DNA of 64,000 bases from an uncultured Eubacteriales bacterium. GTDB taxonomy: Bacteria > Bacillota > Clostridia > Peptostreptococcales > Anaerovoracaceae. Below, piece by piece: positions 51,963 through 60,528 of this stretch. Where the stretch lies: assembly GCA_902775345.1 (NCBI GenBank), contig CACYLW010000006.1, positions 39,613 to 103,612 of the forward strand. Direction: 5' to 3'. The position numbers and the translations under genes are program-made. The notes below the pieces were generated by a model. It ran no database searches and was not told the origin of the DNA. It saw only the letters and a program-made list of their open reading frames with translations. The first letter of the stretch is position 1. Each line of letters starts with the position of its first letter.

Positions 51963-54143
51963 TCATTGCTCCTCATTGATAGTTGAAAGAATATCTTGTC
52001 GCATTTCTTCTTTTAATCTATCATGCTCAGGCAACGATTCGAAATAACATATCATCTCGGAATCCTCCTTATCCAGCCCGTCAATTTCAAACAAAAGAAT
52101 GAATAGCTCAGCAGCTTTCTGTATTTGCATTGCTCTATCGGGATAGTTTTCGCATACAGCTTTATGGTATTTGATCAGATCATAAGGCAAACGCAATGAA
52201 TCGTCATAAGTGCGTGCTATCATCTGCTTATACGCTCCGACAATAATCTTGATATCTCCAAGCCCAAACAGAATATCAAAATAAAGATTCAGGTTATTTG
52301 GCAATCCTACAACTGTTCCCTCCAATGTAGTATCAAACAACTTACCTCCGTCTTCATTTGGGCATATTCTAAGGCACTCACAAATGTAGTCTTTTTCAAA
52401 TTCTTCCAGGGGAAAGCCAGTTGCAAACAAAACCTTTAGTCCATAGTTTAAGAACTCGACTCTGTGTCTTGTACGATAGTATTGTGCTTTGTGTCCTTCT
52501 TCAATTCTATAAAAATCTAATATCTTTTTACAGTATAGCTTTCGTTCCTCTTCACTAAGAAGTGTATCCGTCTTGAAAAATACATATGCATATTGGATAA
52601 CACCCTCTTCACATGATACCTGTGCTTCACGGAGTCTCATCAAATCAGATATTATTCCGTCGCAATTAACAGAGATAGGAGTTGAGTTTCTCTTCATGAT
52701 GTAACGAGCAATGCAATAATCTCGCATCTCATCAAAGACGAAATAGACATATTCTGATTCCATGTTCGCGATGGTTCCTTTATGTGAAACCAGTTTTTTG
52801 CTCAATAGAATAGTTTCGTCAAAAGCTTTTTGCAAATCCTCATTTTGGAACTTAGATATATAGTCTATTTCCAAGTCATCAAATGACATCCTCGTCATCA
52901 TCGCATCTGCAATGGTATCAAGGACTTCTTCTATATTTGAATTCTTCGATTCTTTTACCCATTTGATATACTCAGAAAAAATCTCGTGCTTACGTATTGA
53001 GAGGATATCTTCATTACTTCCTTCATTGACCTCAAAGAAAATTCTAAGCAAAAGAAGATGCTGACAAATAACATGTGTGACAGCACTTGACATATATCCA
53101 GTATACTTGAAATGATTTCTATATCTTTTGATAATCCTTTGTACAGCTGCATTAGGATACTTACCGTCCCTCAAATCGTAAATTAAATGCTTTTGCTCTA
53201 TACTATCCGACAGATGCTTCGAAAACCTATCCTTGTAGTATTCACTTCTGCATGATGTAATAATCTTGAAACGATGGTATCTATCTTTATCATTAATGAA
53301 CGAACTGAGCTGTTCGCCAAACTTAGGATTGTCATTTTCGTTCACAGCATCAATCAAGATAAATAGGTGCTTTCCTCTCAACTTCAAAGTTGCGTTCACA
53401 AACCAGTAATATAATTCTTTATGTTTCCTCCAGATAGCAGGCGTTCTCAAACAATCAAGGATATAATCATCAATATCCTTGTCTATATCTCTTGAATTCA
53501 AAAGCAGCACAGGTTGCTTGAGTTTTTCTGTAAGCTCCGCAATACTGCATAATAGATTTGTTTTTCCGTTTCCCGCACTTCCGGTTAGTACGAGATAATT
53601 GCTATTCGCAGCTTTTACAAAATTCTGCTGTTCACTTAGTGTTTCCGTATATGGATAGTGTGATATTTCAAAAATAGGTTCTGTTTCGGTGTATTCTTCT
53701 TTGAGCTTAACGCCTCTCTTACCAAAACGCTCATGGTAGTCAAGAGCAGAATCTATAGCTTCTTCAATTTCCGTCAACTTGCTTCTTCTCTTAAGATGGA
53801 ATATTATGCCAAAGTCTGTGTTGCCTTCCTTCAAGACCTGTCCATAGTAATCTCCTAAACTCCAATTTTCAATATATTCTTTATCAAGTTTAACTACCTC
53901 CTCAAAATCAGTAATCTCACTTCTGCCAGAGACTTGCCACATTCCCGTTATTCCAGGTTTAGTTGTCATTCTGACCCTGTGATGCAACGAATACATCTCA
54001 AACTCCTGAAGTGTTGGCGGTCGCGTCCCTACTAGACTCATGTCACCTCTGGAAAGCAAGCAGGAAGATAAAAAAAGATGCAAAAAGATGCATGATGTGC
54101 CCAACTCCAGCATTTCCAACGGTTCTACAGTATCGATCTTCAC
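51963..54143 (-). CDS. NACHT-like STAND P-loop NTPase with a long helical C-terminal region; the N-terminal ~100 codons derive from a foreign sugar-transferase gene
   Basis: Walker [16 protein letters not shown], Walker B-like [13 protein letters not shown], and [12 protein letters not shown] (TSR-type motif), followed by about 430 aa of helical sequence. The true start is uncertain: in-frame Met codons occur only in the first ~70 codons, inside or upstream of the transferase-derived part, and there is a TTG near 53834. Confidence 0.8.
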   Translation of the reverse strand: MKIDTVEPLEMLELGTSCIFLHLFLSSCLLSRGDMSLVGTRPPTLQEFEMYSLHHRVRMTTKPGITGMWQVSGRSEITDFEEVVKLDKEYIENWSLGDYYGQVLKEGNTDFGIIFHLKRRSKLTEIEEAIDSALDYHERFGKRGVKLKEEYTETEPIFEISHYPYTETLSEQQNFVKAANSNYLVLTGSAGNGKTNLLCSIAELTEKLKQPVLLLNSRDIDKDIDDYILDCLRTPAIWRKHKELYYWFVNATLKLRGKHLFILIDAVNENDNPKFGEQLSSFINDKDRYHRFKIITSCRSEYYKDRFSKHLSDSIEQKHLIYDLRDGKYPNAAVQRIIKRYRNHFKYTGYMSSAVTHVICQHLLLLRIFFEVNEGSNEDILSIRKHEIFSEYIKWVKESKNSNIEEVLDTIADAMMTRMSFDDLEIDYISKFQNEDLQKAFDETILLSKKLVSHKGTIANMESEYVYFVFDEMRDYCIARYIMKRNSTPISVNCDGIISDLMRLREAQVSCEEGVIQYAYVFFKTDTLLSEEERKLYCKKILDFYRIEEGHKAQYYRTRHRVEFLNYGLKVLFATGFPLEEFEKDYICECLRICPNEDGGKLFDTTLEGTVVGLPNNLNLYFDILFGLGDIKIIVGAYKQMIARTYDDSLRLPYDLIKYHKAVCENYPDRAMQIQKAAELFILLFEIDGLDKEDSEMICYFESLPEHDRLKEEMRQDILSTINEEQ
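53850..54053 (-). pseudogene. Sugar-transferase 3' stub fused in frame to the NTPase ORF
   Basis: [67 protein letters not shown] is the C-terminal half of the Bac_transf family. Homology starts abruptly at GDMSLVG and ends at NWSLGD. Confidence 0.65.
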
Positions 54144-54716
54144 TTATAATCTTGTTAATTATACCTTTTTGCCCTATTATCCTCGAATTAAACCACAATA
54201 TATTGTGTAAAAAATGGTAGTTTGTCTTAAAATAACATGTAGGGGTATCCTTCATCAAACGTTACAACTCTTGAGACTAAATCCTGCAAAATTAGCATAC
54301 GTGTGCTGCAAGTATTTAAATAAAAGACGGATTATTGCGAAGCATAAAACATGCAATTATTGCCTATTTCAGATGACATTGTTATAAGAAAAAAACTACA
54401 TCTAAACCTCAAAATCTGCTTTTCTGACTAATAAAGCGAAAAAGCAGGTTTTCTGCCCCTCAATGCATAGTTAACAACAAATAGATGCACTTGATAATAA
54501 TGGAGCAATTTGGGGAAATATCGTGCTCTAAAAATCTTTGCAGACTTTTCCTCTTCAACCCTATTTTGTAAAAATGAAAAAGATGCAGCCGGAAACACTC
54601 CTGTAATTACAATAGAATCCATAATAAAAGAAGCCCCTGTCTATCAGCTTCATAAAAAAGATGACAGTCAGAGCTTCTAATAAATGCCCTCTCTTTTTTT
54701 ACACGACTACTATGCG

Positions 54717-56429
54717 TTATTCAGTAATTTCCCCTATTACTTCCGCCGGTGCCTCCTTTTTCTGGCGCCCTCTTCTTTTTGTTGGTTCTCCTTTAGAAAG
54801 ATCATAAATAATGATTTTCTCCTTCGGATATAAAGTCCCCTTAAAGGAAATACTACCGCTACCTTCATCCACATCTGCTAACTTTCTAGCCGCTGCTAAC
54901 AATGCAGGGATTTTTACAACAATCGCATATGTCTGCTTAGACGCATCCTTGCTAAATGGGACTGCGTTTTTAGTATTCTCTTTACACGGCTCGATAGCCA
55001 CCTGTCTTGAAGGGGCGTGCACAAGCATTCGAATAAAGTTTGGAAAACCTAACTCCACTGCTGTTGCTTTATTGAATTTAAGATTAGTCGCGGTCAGCGT
55101 CATTACAGAGTCGCCTCTGCTCTCCTCTAGCTCTACTACTTCAAAACCTTCTAGAATACTTGCCATTTCTAAATCCTCCTTCTGTTCTTGGTTTTTCATA
55201 CCATTTTTCTCTTCGGAGGGATCCATAGCCATTTTACTACTTGCCGAAACCAGGCGAGTCACTGATACAGATCTCCATTCGGGTGATATCCCAACGAAGC
55301 CGCGTAGTCTTCCCTTCTGCTTTGGAATCAACCTTTGCTGGCCACGTTGTTTCCATTTTCGCCAACTCTGCTTATTCAGTAGTTCCTGTGCCTTATTCCA
55401 AAGATCTCGGCTGACTATTGCGTCATGGTGATCTGCAATGTAATACTGCTCCGCTTCTCCTTCATTGATTTTGGTCGTATGCGTCAGGTAATCGATTGTG
55501 ATAGTTTTCTGCATGAGAACATCACCACAGTATTTTTCATTTTGCAGGATGTTCTTCACTGCACTAGCTGTCCAGTCGTTACCATAGACTGTCTTCGCAC
55601 CAATGCTGTTTAATCTAGTCGCTATCAGGATTGGATGAATGCCTTGCACGAAGCTCTTATATATTGTCTTCACGACTTCCGCTTCCTGCGAGATGATAAC
55701 CATATTGCCATCCTCATCAGTGTCATATCCGAGTAAAGCACTTGTAGGGATCTTCTGAGTACCATTCTTCATGCGGTTCCGGATTGCCCAGCGAATATTG
55801 GCAGATATACTTCGGGATTCCTCCTGCGCAATGGACGCCATCAAACTCAGTACCATGTCGGTCTTCTCATCCAAAGAATATAGTCTCTCTTTTTCAAAAT
55901 AGATCTCTACAGGATTTTTAAGTGCTTTCAACTTTCTAATAGTCGTAAGACAGTCTACCGTGTTCCTTGCAAATCGGCTGATAGATTTCGTTATGATCAT
56001 ATCTATCTTACCTGCTTCACAATCCTCTATCATCCTTTGGAACTGTTCTCTGTGCTTAACTTGCGTTCCGCTAATTCCTTCATCAGCATAAATACCGGCA
56101 AGGACCCAGTTTTCATGTGCACTTATGAATTCTGTATAATGATTTACCTGCAGATCAAAGCTAGTTGCTTGTGCATCTTCATCTGTACTCACCCTACAGT
56201 AGGCTGCAACACGCTTTACTGGATCTGCTTCTCCCATCGGTGTTGTAAGCTTCGTTGCTGGAATGACCTGTACTTCAAAGTCTCGTTTCTTCGCACTTCC
56301 CTTCCTTTTTTTCTTAGGTTTCCGTACAACGACTACTGGATTCTGCGGAGTAGGTTCTTCAGCATTCAGGAGTGCTTCAAGCTCATCAATGGGATGCCCA
56401 GTTTTAGCTTGTTCGTTTTCCAATGTCAT
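54717..56429 (-). CDS. Large serine recombinase lacking a zinc ribbon, with an unrecognised ~150-aa C-terminal domain
   Basis: VAAYCRVSTDEDAQ, YADEGISGT and KSISRFARN (resolvase catalytic motifs) plus a recombinase domain (ALLGYDTDEDGNMVI...EKYCGD). There are no CxxC pairs. The C-terminus is MTLTATNLKFNKATAVELGFPNFIRMLVHAPSRQVAIEP... Confidence 0.9.
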   Translation of the reverse strand: MTLENEQAKTGHPIDELEALLNAEEPTPQNPVVVVRKPKKKRKGSAKKRDFEVQVIPATKLTTPMGEADPVKRVAAYCRVSTDEDAQATSFDLQVNHYTEFISAHENWVLAGIYADEGISGTQVKHREQFQRMIEDCEAGKIDMIITKSISRFARNTVDCLTTIRKLKALKNPVEIYFEKERLYSLDEKTDMVLSLMASIAQEESRSISANIRWAIRNRMKNGTQKIPTSALLGYDTDEDGNMVIISQEAEVVKTIYKSFVQGIHPILIATRLNSIGAKTVYGNDWTASAVKNILQNEKYCGDVLMQKTITIDYLTHTTKINEGEAEQYYIADHHDAIVSRDLWNKAQELLNKQSWRKWKQRGQQRLIPKQKGRLRGFVGISPEWRSVSVTRLVSASSKMAMDPSEEKNGMKNQEQKEDLEMASILEGFEVVELEESRGDSVMTLTATNLKFNKATAVELGFPNFIRMLVHAPSRQVAIEPCKENTKNAVPFSKDASKQTYAIVVKIPALLAAARKLADVDEGSGSISFKGTLYPKEKIIIYDLSKGEPTKRRGRQKKEAPAEVIGEITE

Positions 56430-56611
56430 GCCTCCCTCCGTTAATCTTAGCTGCGTCAGCAGTGAGACTCAGCTTCTCCTCTATTTTATCAAAAATATTA
56501 CCTAATAGATATCTATGTTACCTTATAGAAACTTCAGAAATTATCTTTTTCTTTTTATAATGCCTATTAAGTAACATGCGTACCAAATAGTGATGGTTTG
56601 GAGGTAGAAAA

Positions 56612-56941
56612 ATGGACTCAAAAGCTTTAGGAGCGAATATTCGTAAATATAGAGTTCAAAAAGGACTAACACAGGATGAAGCCGCTGAAAAGTGTAGCCT
56701 CTCAACCAATTACTTCCGTCAGATCGAGTTTGGTAACAAAGTTCCTCGACTTGAAACCTTTTTGAGGATAGCAGAAACTCTTGAAGTTTCCACAGAATTG
56801 CTACTCTCCGGTAATGTCAGCTGGACTACGCAGATCAGAAGCAATGAATTGTATATCAAGCTTGAAGATTTAGAAGAAAGTCAGAAACGCTTTGTTTTGG
56901 AGACAGTTGATGCCCTTATCGAGGGCCTAAAAAAAATGTAG
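56612..56941 (+). CDS. XRE-family HTH transcriptional regulator
   Basis: LGANIRKYRVQKGLTQDEAAEKCSLSTNYFRQIEFGNKVPRLETFLRIAETL (HTH_3). Confidence 0.9.
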   Translation: MDSKALGANIRKYRVQKGLTQDEAAEKCSLSTNYFRQIEFGNKVPRLETFLRIAETLEVSTELLLSGNVSWTTQIRSNELYIKLEDLEESQKRFVLETVDALIEGLKKM

Positions 56942-57003
56942 CTCACCCTTTCAGATGAGCTACATTTACTATCTCCTTCATCTTGATCAATGCGAAGGTG
57001 TTT

Positions 57004-58086
57004 TTATTCATAGGATTTTAATACGTATTCATCAAAGTATGGGAGAGTAAATATTAAACAACCCTCTACTTCCTTGATTATCCCTTTCTCTTTCATCTGT
57101 TTAAAACAACTCAAGTATGATATTTTATGTTCTTTACAAGATTCTTTAACTTTTTTCATTCCGCCATCTGCTGTTTTAGCAATGGTATAAAGGAATAATT
57201 TATCATTTTTTGGCAAGTTTTCCCAGACTTTATCATAGACGCACTCTTCTAGATACCCCTTGAATTTACTAAGGACTAGATTTGGATCGTCACCGTTATT
57301 CCATGTATAATGTCCAAGAACCTGAAAAGCTAAAGGATAACCCTTTGTTTCCGTTGCCATGTTCAAGGCCTTTCCATACCCAATTTGAAAAACAGTAAAA
57401 TACTGGGCAGCCATCAAATCTAAGTCTAGAGGTGCAAGATGAATTCTATAAATACGAGATAAACCGGATAATTGATTATTTTCTTGTAATCCCTGTAAGT
57501 TTTCGTACAATCCTGTCATCACTAAAAAAACAGGAAAGTTCAATCGGGCCAGTCTTTGATAGTCATAAGCAAATGATTGAATATTCTCGCTAGGGAAAAC
57601 ATCATCCAGAATAATCAGAACCTTCTTGTTTATATCTTTTAACCAACTCAGCATCTTTTCGATAATTACATTTATATCTTTAATGGGCTCTGCTCCCTCC
57701 ACTTCAAAGCCTCCTATTCCCGGCACCATCACACTTATTTTTGCTTTAGACAATTCCATTTTAATTGGTTGCTCTTCCAAAAGCCTCGATGCAAGATGCT
57801 GCTTCATATCTTCTTTTGGATTGAATTCTATAACGATCCAATCCTTTTGATTTTGAAAATGCTCAGCAATAAATGACAACGAGACTGTCTTTCCACTGCC
57901 CTGTATTCCTGTAATAAAACAGCTTTTATAAACTGGTGTTTCCGATGTAAAAACATCTATGATTTCCTGTACTGACTCTGTAGAGCCGCTTACCAGTGTT
58001 TGTGGGAATACATGCGGATCCAAAGTGAAAGGATTATTGATTATTCCTTTTGACGTAAGTGTGCCTGCAGTATTTTCAGTCGTCAT
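57004..58086 (-). CDS. AAA+ ATPase (Arch_ATPase/ORC-like) with a C-terminal winged-helix-like region
   Basis: Walker A FITGIQGSGKTVS and Walker B VLIILDDV. The C-terminus LFLYTIAKTADGG...SCFKQMKEKGIIKEV is wHTH-like. Confidence 0.85.
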   Translation of the reverse strand: MTTENTAGTLTSKGIINNPFTLDPHVFPQTLVSGSTESVQEIIDVFTSETPVYKSCFITGIQGSGKTVSLSFIAEHFQNQKDWIVIEFNPKEDMKQHLASRLLEEQPIKMELSKAKISVMVPGIGGFEVEGAEPIKDINVIIEKMLSWLKDINKKVLIILDDVFPSENIQSFAYDYQRLARLNFPVFLVMTGLYENLQGLQENNQLSGLSRIYRIHLAPLDLDLMAAQYFTVFQIGYGKALNMATETKGYPLAFQVLGHYTWNNGDDPNLVLSKFKGYLEECVYDKVWENLPKNDKLFLYTIAKTADGGMKKVKESCKEHKISYLSCFKQMKEKGIIKEVEGCLIFTLPYFDEYVLKSYE

Positions 58087-58197
58087 TTATTACCTCAATT
58101 CTATTTACTATAACCTTTATTTCGATACTGTTTGTTTTATATGTTTTAGAGAAGAAACCATATCGAGTTCCGTCAAATTTATTATACAGTATATTTG

Positions 58198-58815
58198 TTA
58201 ATCTCCTACAGATTGTACAAGTTCATTATCGGAAGTTGAATAGTCCTTAAGCTCCATTGAGTAACTACTCGCTTCAAACTTCATAGATACTATTTGTTTG
58301 TATTTATTTCCCAGCAAATCAAAGTATTCAAATATAAAGTCAGGCTCAAGCATTGTACTATCCTCTGTTTCTATTTTTCCCCAAAAATCCCAGCTATAGT
58401 ACTTTATGTCTTTAGGTGCGATTGCTCCTATGTAGATACTATTTTCAGACAGTCCTAAATTGCTATTCATGAATATGTTAATATTCTTAGCGGCACCCCA
58501 ACCGATATTTGAAATAACAAAATCATAATAAGACTTTATTGTTTTTATCCTCGAATTTTGACTTTGTGAAATACATGCTTGATAGCTATCCGAATAATCA
58601 TAGTTTTTTCTCAAATTATGATCTTCTATAACTACAGTAAGGTGAGGCATTGCTTCTAAGCGCTTTTTTTCCTCATACTGTTGGACGGAAGTCTCTAGCT
58701 GACGCCTTGTAGTATTAGTTGATCTCATATTTGCTATTGTAATTGCTATTGTGGCAATTGCATAAATTACAGTAATACCCACCATAAACCAGTCTGTTAT
58801 CAAAGGCTTGTCCAT
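58198..58815 (-). CDS. Hypothetical protein with a single N-terminal TM helix
   Basis: WFMVGITVIYAIATIAITIANM is followed by a soluble domain with no recognisable motif. It lies directly upstream of the ATPase on the same strand. Confidence 0.65.
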   Translation of the reverse strand: MDKPLITDWFMVGITVIYAIATIAITIANMRSTNTTRRQLETSVQQYEEKKRLEAMPHLTVVIEDHNLRKNYDYSDSYQACISQSQNSRIKTIKSYYDFVISNIGWGAAKNINIFMNSNLGLSENSIYIGAIAPKDIKYYSWDFWGKIETEDSTMLEPDFIFEYFDLLGNKYKQIVSMKFEASSYSMELKDYSTSDNELVQSVGD

Positions 58816-58935
58816 GATTTACTCTCCTCGCTCTATAGAGTTCCATTTATTACACGATACTATCTATGTCTATAATAACACGCGATGCATAGGATTGTTT
58901 TCTACATAATATTAAATATAGCTGCTCTATTTCCC

Positions 58936-60528
58936 TTAACTCTTCACTACATCCTGAATGAGATCTGAGAAATCCAGGTCAACTTCTATGTGATCGCTAT
59001 CATAAACATATACCATATTGACTAAGTTCTTCATCATTTCCTCAGTGAGTTTATCTTCTGCAAGTATTGCATCCGCCATATTATACAACCCTATGATTCT
59101 GTCGCGTCTCTCTACTCCAGATACATTTTCAGCATTTAGCTTCGTAAGCTCCTCTTCTAGTTCTTTGATTTCACAAGTCTTCCGCTCTTTTCTTGCATTA
59201 AAGGAGTCCAGACTGATAAAACCTTCTGCGTATGAAATGTACAGATTTGCGATATCCTCTCGCTTAACTTCGCAGCGTCTTCGTATGTCATTTATATTTT
59301 TTGTCAGATCAGATTTTGGGTGGATACCAGTTCTTCCCTCGTTTTCATATACTGATTTGACCACCTGCATCTGTTCCTGCACTGCAGCAAGAACTGCCGC
59401 TTCAATTTTCCGTTCTAAATAATAATCTGTACAGCACTTACAAGAACTGCCTGTATTTAATGCATGTGAGCAATAGAAAAACGGTTCATTGTGAGCAGCT
59501 CTATGAGCGGCTCTATAGGCTAACGCAAGTCTGCAATTCCCGCAACGAATCTTACCCTTCAGCAGATATGTATTGGGGACTTTCACAGCGTGCTGTTTCT
59601 GATGCTGAAATATTTCCTGTGCTTTATAGAACGTCTCCTTGCTGACAATAGCATTATGGGCATCTTCAGTAATAATCAACTCGCTGGGTAACGCTTTTCT
59701 CACAGATCTTGATCCAGGTCTAACTAAAATCCTTCGATTATGAACAAATGCCCCAGTATACTCATACCTCTGCAGCACATCACGTATTTTAGTAGTTGTC
59801 CATAAAACCTCACTTTCGACTGTTTTGATAGGACCCGGAGATCTGCCATTCATCAGTCTGTATTTAGCAGGAGTGGGGATTCCTTGCATGTTCAGCTGAT
59901 TCACGATTGCTTTTGTATTACATCCACTGGCTGCCATTTCAAATATCCATTTTACGATTTTGGCTGCTTCTGGATCCACTGCCCATGTCCCGCGTGCATT
60001 TACATCTTTGACAAAGCCATACGGTGGATTCCCACATGTCGTCTTTCCTTGCTTCCACTTCGACATCATTGAAGATTTCACCTTCTTGGAAAGATCTCGG
60101 CTGTACATAGTGTTCACCAGATTGCTAACTGTCATATCCAGCCCAAGAGTCTTTCCCACATAGTTTTTACTGTCATAGTTGGAGTTGACCGCAATTAAGC
60201 GCACTCCGAGTATAGGAAAAATCTGGTCGATGTAATCTCCGACTATAATGTAGTCGCGCCCCAATCTGGACAGATCTTTCACTAAAATTGTATGAAAACG
60301 TTTCTTTTTCGCATCTTCTATCATTCGTATAAAGGCAGGCCTATCAAACTTTGTCCCGGAGTATCCATCATCGATATACTCGATGACATCTCCGTTCAGT
60401 TCCTCATGCTGTTTAATGTAGCTTTCGAGTAAGTTCCTCTGGTTCTCGATGCTGTTACTCTCATCTTTCCCATCTCTTCCTAGGTCTCCGTCAGCTATTG
60501 AAAGTCTGAGATAAAAAGCTATCTTCAT
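58936..60528 (-). CDS. Large serine recombinase (canonical)
   Basis: AFYLRLSIADGD, DDGYSGTKFDRPAF, VKDLSRLGRDY, a recombinase domain, zinc ribbon CGNC...CSHALNTGSSCKCC, and a coiled-coil tail. Confidence 0.9.
   Translation of the reverse strand: MKIAFYLRLSIADGDLGRDGKDESNSIENQRNLLESYIKQHEELNGDVIEYIDDGYSGTKFDRPAFIRMIEDAKKKRFHTILVKDLSRLGRDYIIVGDYIDQIFPILGVRLIAVNSNYDSKNYVGKTLGLDMTVSNLVNTMYSRDLSKKVKSSMMSKWKQGKTTCGNPPYGFVKDVNARGTWAVDPEAAKIVKWIFEMAASGCNTKAIVNQLNMQGIPTPAKYRLMNGRSPGPIKTVESEVLWTTTKIRDVLQRYEYTGAFVHNRRILVRPGSRSVRKALPSELIITEDAHNAIVSKETFYKAQEIFQHQKQHAVKVPNTYLLKGKIRCGNCRLALAYRAAHRAAHNEPFFYCSHALNTGSSCKCCTDYYLERKIEAAVLAAVQEQMQVVKSVYENEGRTGIHPKSDLTKNINDIRRRCEVKREDIANLYISYAEGFISLDSFNARKERKTCEIKELEEELTKLNAENVSGVERRDRIIGLYNMADAILAEDKLTEEMMKNLVNMVYVYDSDHIEVDLDFSDLIQDVVKS

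Noticed and set aside
54090-54135. [14 protein letters not shown] upstream of stub B as a degenerate continuation of the sugar-transferase KIDE(L/M)PQL motif.
   Set aside because: Only the KID codons match stub A, the spacing to GDMS is 17 residues too long, and the remaining residues do not align. It is probably coincidence.
54054-54143. The first ~30 codons of the 726-aa ORF ([31 protein letters not shown]) as genuine N-terminal sequence.
   Set aside because: There is no homology to either sugar transferases or NTPases, and no RBS upstream of the GTG at 54143. It is more likely an open read-through upstream of the transferase stub, and the real initiation site is unresolved.
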